From a virus (taxonomy: Duplodnaviria; Caudoviricetes): a DNA stretch of 29,060 nucleotides. Of this stretch, positions 24,698 to 29,060 are shown in pieces; the stretch's first letter is position 1; each line of letters begins with the position of its first letter. Where the stretch lies: the IMG/VR virus record IMGVR_UViG_3300038608_000007, positions 1 through 29,060 of that record. One strand, 5' to 3'. Position numbers and translations under genes: made by a program. Under the pieces are notes generated by a model. The model was not told the DNA's origin and searched no databases. It saw only the letters and a list, made by a program, of their open reading frames with translations.

Positions 24698-26118
24698 AAA
24701 CCCGCATTCCGCTTCCTGAATACAAGCCCGACCAGTCGAACAATTCGGGCGTGTTGCTGGTGGCAAAAAGCGTCATTCCGGCGATTGACGGCTATCGTTC
24801 GGTGCGCGACATAACTACGGTTTCTGATGCGATGACCGCCAGCTTTCAGGGCGGTGCGTCGGCGATTGCATCCGATGGCGAGGCATATCTGATCGCCGGG
24901 ACCGCTACCACGCTGGACCGGATTGCAGCGGATGGTTCTTGGTCGTCGCTGACAACCGGGTTGACGATCACGGGGCGGTGGCGTTTTAGCCAGTTCAAGG
25001 ATTACACGATTGCGGTCAACAACAGCACCACGCGGGTTGTCGATCTCGATCTAGGCACGGCAGCAGCACTGGCTGGCGCGCCCACGGGGACAAGCGTGGC
25101 GGTGGTCGGCGATCATGTCGTGATCGGGCGGGCGAACAGCAATATCAGCCGGGTGCAATGGTCGGCATTCGACGATCACACCGGATGGACGGCAGGGGTG
25201 GACCAATCCGGCTTTCAGGACATGCAGACCGGCGGCAGCGTCATGGGGGTGGCGGGCGGCGAATACGGGATTATTCTTCAGCGCGAGCGGCTGGTGCGCA
25301 TGACGCTGACAGGCGTTGCTGATACCCCGTTTGCGTTCGATGAAATCAGCTCCAATTTCGGATGCAGTGCGGCGGGCACGATTGCGCAGGCCGGGCGCAC
25401 GGTGTTTTTCTACAGCGACAGGGGATTTATGGCGCTCGATGACGGGCAGGAATTGAGGCCAATCGGCAGGGAAAAGGTTGACCGCACATTCGAAAGCCTG
25501 ATTTCGCGCGATAGCCTTGAGGATATTTACGCCGCTGTTGACCCGCAAAACAAGCTTGTCATGTGGCTGGTGCCGGGCAATCCGGGGACGGTGTGGCTCT
25601 ACAATTTCGAACTGGACCGCTGGAGCACAATTGAAATCGTCGCCAAGGGACTGTTCCCGGGCTTCACCACTTCGGTCAAGCTCGATGAACTTGACGCCTT
25701 GGGCTATACCAATCTCGACGCGATGACGATATCGCTTGACGATCCGATCTGGTCGGGGGGTAATCCAAGGCTCTATTTCGTCACCTGGGCCAACAAGATC
25801 GGCAATCTGACCGGCGATACATTGGCCGCAAGGCTCGATCTTGGCTTCAACGAATACGCGCAAGGGCAAAAGGCACGGGTGCGCAATATCCGCCCGGTGT
25901 GGGACGGTCTGGCGGGCATGACAGTGCGGATGGATGCGAAACAGCGGCTGGGCGATGCTTCTGCAGTGACGAGCACAAGCACGTTGAACACCAGCGGTAT
26001 TCTGCCGATCCGCATATCGGGCAAGTATATTTCGGCATTGGTAGAGATCGCGGCGGCAACCGACTGGGATTATATTCAGGCGATTGAAACCGAATTTGAG
26101 CCGGGCGCGGTGCGATGA
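24694..26118 (+). CDS. Tail hub / DNA-stabilisation protein (P22 gp10-like)
   Basis: Beta-rich 474 aa protein with WRFSQF, VQWS..DD..W, FGC.A.G.I and YNF..DRW; follows the adaptor. Confidence 0.75.
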   Translation: MKTRIPLPEYKPDQSNNSGVLLVAKSVIPAIDGYRSVRDITTVSDAMTASFQGGASAIASDGEAYLIAGTATTLDRIAADGSWSSLTTGLTITGRWRFSQFKDYTIAVNNSTTRVVDLDLGTAAALAGAPTGTSVAVVGDHVVIGRANSNISRVQWSAFDDHTGWTAGVDQSGFQDMQTGGSVMGVAGGEYGIILQRERLVRMTLTGVADTPFAFDEISSNFGCSAAGTIAQAGRTVFFYSDRGFMALDDGQELRPIGREKVDRTFESLISRDSLEDIYAAVDPQNKLVMWLVPGNPGTVWLYNFELDRWSTIEIVAKGLFPGFTTSVKLDELDALGYTNLDAMTISLDDPIWSGGNPRLYFVTWANKIGNLTGDTLAARLDLGFNEYAQGQKARVRNIRPVWDGLAGMTVRMDAKQRLGDASAVTSTSTLNTSGILPIRISGKYISALVEIAAATDWDYIQAIETEFEPGAVR

Positions 26119-26729
26119 CCGGTCTTCGCCGCGTTCCGGTCGATGCCAAGAGGCAGGACTGGCCGCGTCTTGTTGCAGAAGCGATCACGAAGGCGCAAAA
26201 CGATGCCGGGACTGCCAGCGGCACAGCGGCATGGGGCAGTATAACCGGCACGCTTTCAGGCCAGACCGATTTGCAGACGGCATTGGACGCAAAGCAGGCC
26301 ACGGATGCATTTCTGGACGATATCGCGGCCCTGACCGACCCGGGCGCAGACCGGATGCTGTTCTGGGATGACAGCGCCGGGGAGATTATATTTCTTACCG
26401 CAGGAAGTGGCTTGACGATTGCGGGGACGACAATCACCGCTGACAGCACGGTTGCTACACGGGCGCTGGCGACAAGCGACAATGCGCTGATAACCGATAA
26501 TTTCATTGCGGTAGATGCTACAACCGGCGACGTTACGGTGACGCTTCCGGCGGCTTCAACCGCGACTGGGGTAGTGCTGAACGTCAAGAAGGTCGATAGC
26601 AGCGCGAACAACGTAATTCTGGACGGCAATGCCAGCGAGACAATCGACGGCGCGACCACACTTTCGTTCAATGTCCAATACCAGTCGTTTACAGTTGTGT
26701 GCGACGGCACGCAGTGGTGGGTGATATGA
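26115..26729 (+). CDS. Tail fibre or needle-like protein
   Basis: WGSITGTLS.QTDLQ.ALD.K and TLPAA...KK.D...N.V..DG..SETIDG...DGT.W virion motifs. Confidence 0.7.
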   Translation: MTGLRRVPVDAKRQDWPRLVAEAITKAQNDAGTASGTAAWGSITGTLSGQTDLQTALDAKQATDAFLDDIAALTDPGADRMLFWDDSAGEIIFLTAGSGLTIAGTTITADSTVATRALATSDNALITDNFIAVDATTGDVTVTLPAASTATGVVLNVKKVDSSANNVILDGNASETIDGATTLSFNVQYQSFTVVCDGTQWWVI

Positions 26730-28069
26730 GCTACCTGCCGATAACCGACCCCGGCGCGGATCGGGTGAGATTCTGGGATGATAGCGCGGGCAATATCGGT
26801 TATTTGACGCCTGCGGGCGGGGTATCGATCAGCGGGACGCAACTGTTTGCCGAATTGGGCGGGCCGGAAGGAGGGGTTGTCAGCGGCGGGCAGGTGGTGT
26901 GGACAAGCGGCTACAGCTTCAAGGTGACGGCTGCGACCTATTACATCGGCGGTGTGCTTTACACGTCGATTGAGCAGACCGTAACACTGGCCGCAGCGGA
27001 CGGAACGTTTGACCGCATCGACCTGGTTGTGCTCGATGACACCGGCACGGCTGATAAGGTAACTGGCACAGCAGCAGCACTGCCCAGCGAGCCTGATTTC
27101 GATCCGGCCACGCAAGTCAGACTGTCGTTCGTGATCGTGCCGACCGGGACGACACAGCCCGAAGAAGTGACAAACGAAAACATCTATCTTGAGAATACCG
27201 AATGGACGACTGCAACCAGCGGGACCGGATTTACCGCCAGTTCCGCTGTTGATCCGTTCGCCGGAACGGTAAGCGTCGAGGGGACAAATGTTGCCAATCG
27301 GGCAGAAATAAGCTTCGCCAAGGGCAGTTCGCTATTTTCGGATGATTATTCGCTACTGACACTGGTTATCAAGTCCAAGGCAACATGGGCGAAGCGCGAT
27401 ACCTTGCGGTTTTTCTGGGAAACAGGGGGAGTAGCTACCGGCGGGGCGGTTAGTCTGAAAGAAGGGCTTTACGGGTTTTTGACATCGAATACGTCAACAT
27501 ATCAGCAAATCGGTATCCCGATCCCTGATTTTAACCTTCCGGCAGGCGGGACATTCGACAAGCTGATAATCCAGACTGCGGGTACGGCGTTCGGATTTTA
27601 CATCGACAACATTGTCTTGCAGGCGCGCGGGACAAGTCTTTCCACGGTTGCAGGCACGAACACACTGTCGATTGCCGATCTTGACCTTAGATACGAACGG
27701 ATTGCCGACCGCGTTGATGTGCTGGTGATTGCGGTTTCGGACGAAACGACTGCGCTCACCACCGGGACGGCGAAAGTCACATTCAGGATGCCCTATGCGT
27801 TCACGGTCAGCGATGTTCGTTCAAGCGTGACAACCGCTCCGACTGGCGCGGCGCTGGTTGTGGACATCAATGACGGCGGGACAACGATCCTTTCGACAAA
27901 GCTGTCAATCGATGCTGGCGAGGATACTTCGACAACTGCGGCGACCCCTGCCGTCATATCCGATACCGCTCTGGCCAGTGATGCAAAGATCACAATCGAT
28001 ATCGACGCTGTAGGTTCGACCATAGCCGGGGCGGGGTTGAAAGTCGCCCTGATCGGCAAGCGTGCATGA
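26726..28069 (+). CDS. Tail fibre / receptor-binding protein with a probable carbohydrate-binding module
   Basis: Thr/Gly-rich; AAD.T.DRIDLVV baseplate-like motif; a central jelly-roll-like segment ending IPI.DF...FYIDNIVL; start at ATG 26726. Confidence 0.65.
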   Translation: MSYLPITDPGADRVRFWDDSAGNIGYLTPAGGVSISGTQLFAELGGPEGGVVSGGQVVWTSGYSFKVTAATYYIGGVLYTSIEQTVTLAAADGTFDRIDLVVLDDTGTADKVTGTAAALPSEPDFDPATQVRLSFVIVPTGTTQPEEVTNENIYLENTEWTTATSGTGFTASSAVDPFAGTVSVEGTNVANRAEISFAKGSSLFSDDYSLLTLVIKSKATWAKRDTLRFFWETGGVATGGAVSLKEGLYGFLTSNTSTYQQIGIPIPDFNLPAGGTFDKLIIQTAGTAFGFYIDNIVLQARGTSLSTVAGTNTLSIADLDLRYERIADRVDVLVIAVSDETTALTTGTAKVTFRMPYAFTVSDVRSSVTTAPTGAALVVDINDGGTTILSTKLSIDAGEDTSTTAATPAVISDTALASDAKITIDIDAVGSTIAGAGLKVALIGKRA

Positions 28070-28240
28070 CCATCTGGCAGCATCTTGTCGCGGCTATGGC
28101 CTATAGAAGGCGGGTGCCTTGTGATCGACAGGACCAGAGACGGCGCGGGAAGTTTCAATATCTCGTTCGCTACCACTGGCGGAACCACGACAGAGACGCC
28201 GGTGTTCAACTTCGCGGTGGTCGAGGGCGCTGCGACTTGA
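28066..28240 (+). pseudogene. Recombination scar: deleted copy of the downstream gene's 5' end fused to the 3' end of a former tail gene
   Basis: 28088-28148 duplicates 28324-28384, and 28148-28240 reads GSFNISFATTGGTTTETPVFNFAVVEGAAT*. Confidence 0.7.
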
Positions 28241-28384
28241 GTATATGGCAGCAGCTTGTCAGGTGTGCCGAACGCGGGGGAAGCAGCGAAGGCGAATTGC
28301 TCGCCAAGCTTGGCAAGGGCCATTCGCGGCTATGGCCGATTGAAGGCGGGTGCCTTGTGATCGACAGGACCAGCGACGGTGCGG
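28088..28384 (+). repeat. 61-bp imperfect direct repeat (28088-28148 and 28324-28384)
   Basis: Four mismatches, all at third codon positions of RLWPIEGGCLVIDRT(R/S)DGA. Confidence 0.92.
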
Positions 28385-28581
28385 CACTGGCATGGCTTGG
28401 AGTGGGCAAGGGTAGATTGAAGGCACTGGCGGCGCAGGAAAGCGCAATCGCGGATATGGCGCGGGCTGATGGATGCAGGGTCTTGCGAATACACGGACGG
28501 CGCGGCTGGATTAAGGTTTTCCCGCATTGGGAAGTGACAGGCCATGATGGTGAACTTGTAGTAATGGAACTAGAGCTATGA
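28237..28581 (+). CDS. GNAT-like virion assembly protein (P22 gp14-like position)
   Basis: TTG start overlapping a TGA; A...GC..L.I.GRRGW motif; sits between the tail and ejection genes. Confidence 0.6.
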   Translation: MSIWQQLVRCAERGGSSEGELLAKLGKGHSRLWPIEGGCLVIDRTSDGAALAWLGVGKGRLKALAAQESAIADMARADGCRVLRIHGRRGWIKVFPHWEVTGHDGELVVMELEL

Positions 28582-29060
28582 AAAGCAAAGCTTCAACGAC
28601 TCCGTGGAAAGAAGCGCAGCCGTACATTCTTGGCGCTGCTGGCGGTTTGACGGATGCCTATAACCAGAACGCCGGGCAAATTCAGGGCTTCACCGATCAG
28701 GTGACGGGGACGCTGTTTCCATCCTTGACCCAGAAATTCAACGAGGGCGATCCGGGGGTTAACGCCGCGCGCGATTATGGCACCGATGTGCTGTCCGGGC
28801 AGTATCTCGACGAGGGGAATCCTTATTTGCAGAGCATTATCGACCGTTCGAACAACGATATTGTCAACCAGACGCAAGCCGCTTTGGGTAAGCGCGGGCT
28901 GACAGGTGGCAGCGATTATGCCAATATCATCGCCAGGAATGTCGGGCAGAACAGTTCGAACCTGCGCTATGGCGATTATTCGCGCGAACGGGCAGCGATG
29001 GATTCGGCTGCGGGGCGTGCAGGCAATATCGCGGCGGCGGATTATTTGCCGGTGCAGGGC
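28578..29060 (+). CDS. DNA ejection / pilot protein, truncated by the window end
   Basis: MKSKASTTPWKEAQPYIL...LSGQYL..GNPYLQ; Q/N/A/G-rich and open to the window end. Confidence 0.7.
   Translation, partial: MKSKASTTPWKEAQPYILGAAGGLTDAYNQNAGQIQGFTDQVTGTLFPSLTQKFNEGDPGVNAARDYGTDVLSGQYLDEGNPYLQSIIDRSNNDIVNQTQAALGKRGLTGGSDYANIIARNVGQNSSNLRYGDYSRERAAMDSAAGRAGNIAAADYLPVQG

Noticed and set aside
19503-27115. Long minus-strand ORFs opposite the structural genes (e.g. 21116-21943, 25847-27115)
   Set aside because: They are antisense shadows caused by GC-rich codon bias and show no recognisable motifs.
28088-28384. Possible diversity-generating retroelement TR/VR pair
   Set aside because: The mismatches are not adenine-specific and fall at third codon positions. 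The repeat is short, and no reverse transcriptase is in the window.

Overview
A 29 kb piece of a tailed dsDNA phage genome with lambdoid/P22-like (short-tailed) organisation. The host is probably an alphaproteobacterium, which is an inference from GC-rich coding sequence, gene families and promoter style. From left to right it holds: a lysis cassette (GH19 endolysin, holin-like protein, Rz/Rz1-like spanins; 64-1700, +); a tightly coupled leftward early operon (1713-10414, -) with an HNH endonuclease, ERF annealase, RecE-like exonuclease, a hexapeptide-repeat protein and many small ORFs; a back-to-back promoter pair (10440-10510); and a rightward operon with a Cro-like HTH, C5-methyltransferase-like protein, DUF1376-like replication protein, nucleases and a probable late regulator. 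A strong late promoter (16368-16408) then precedes terS, terL, portal, scaffold, P22-type coat, a decoration protein, a glycosyltransferase-methyltransferase fusion, adaptor, tail hub, tail fibre-like genes and the start of an ejection protein. No integrase or intact CI repressor, and no tRNA or CRISPR array, was seen. The main oddities are the GT-MTase fusion inside the head module, an origin-like segment displaced from the replication gene, a lambda pR'-like late promoter, a tail-module recombination scar, a frameshifted Zn-HTH regulator and several N-terminal gene stubs. Family assignments come from motif recognition only, with no database search.
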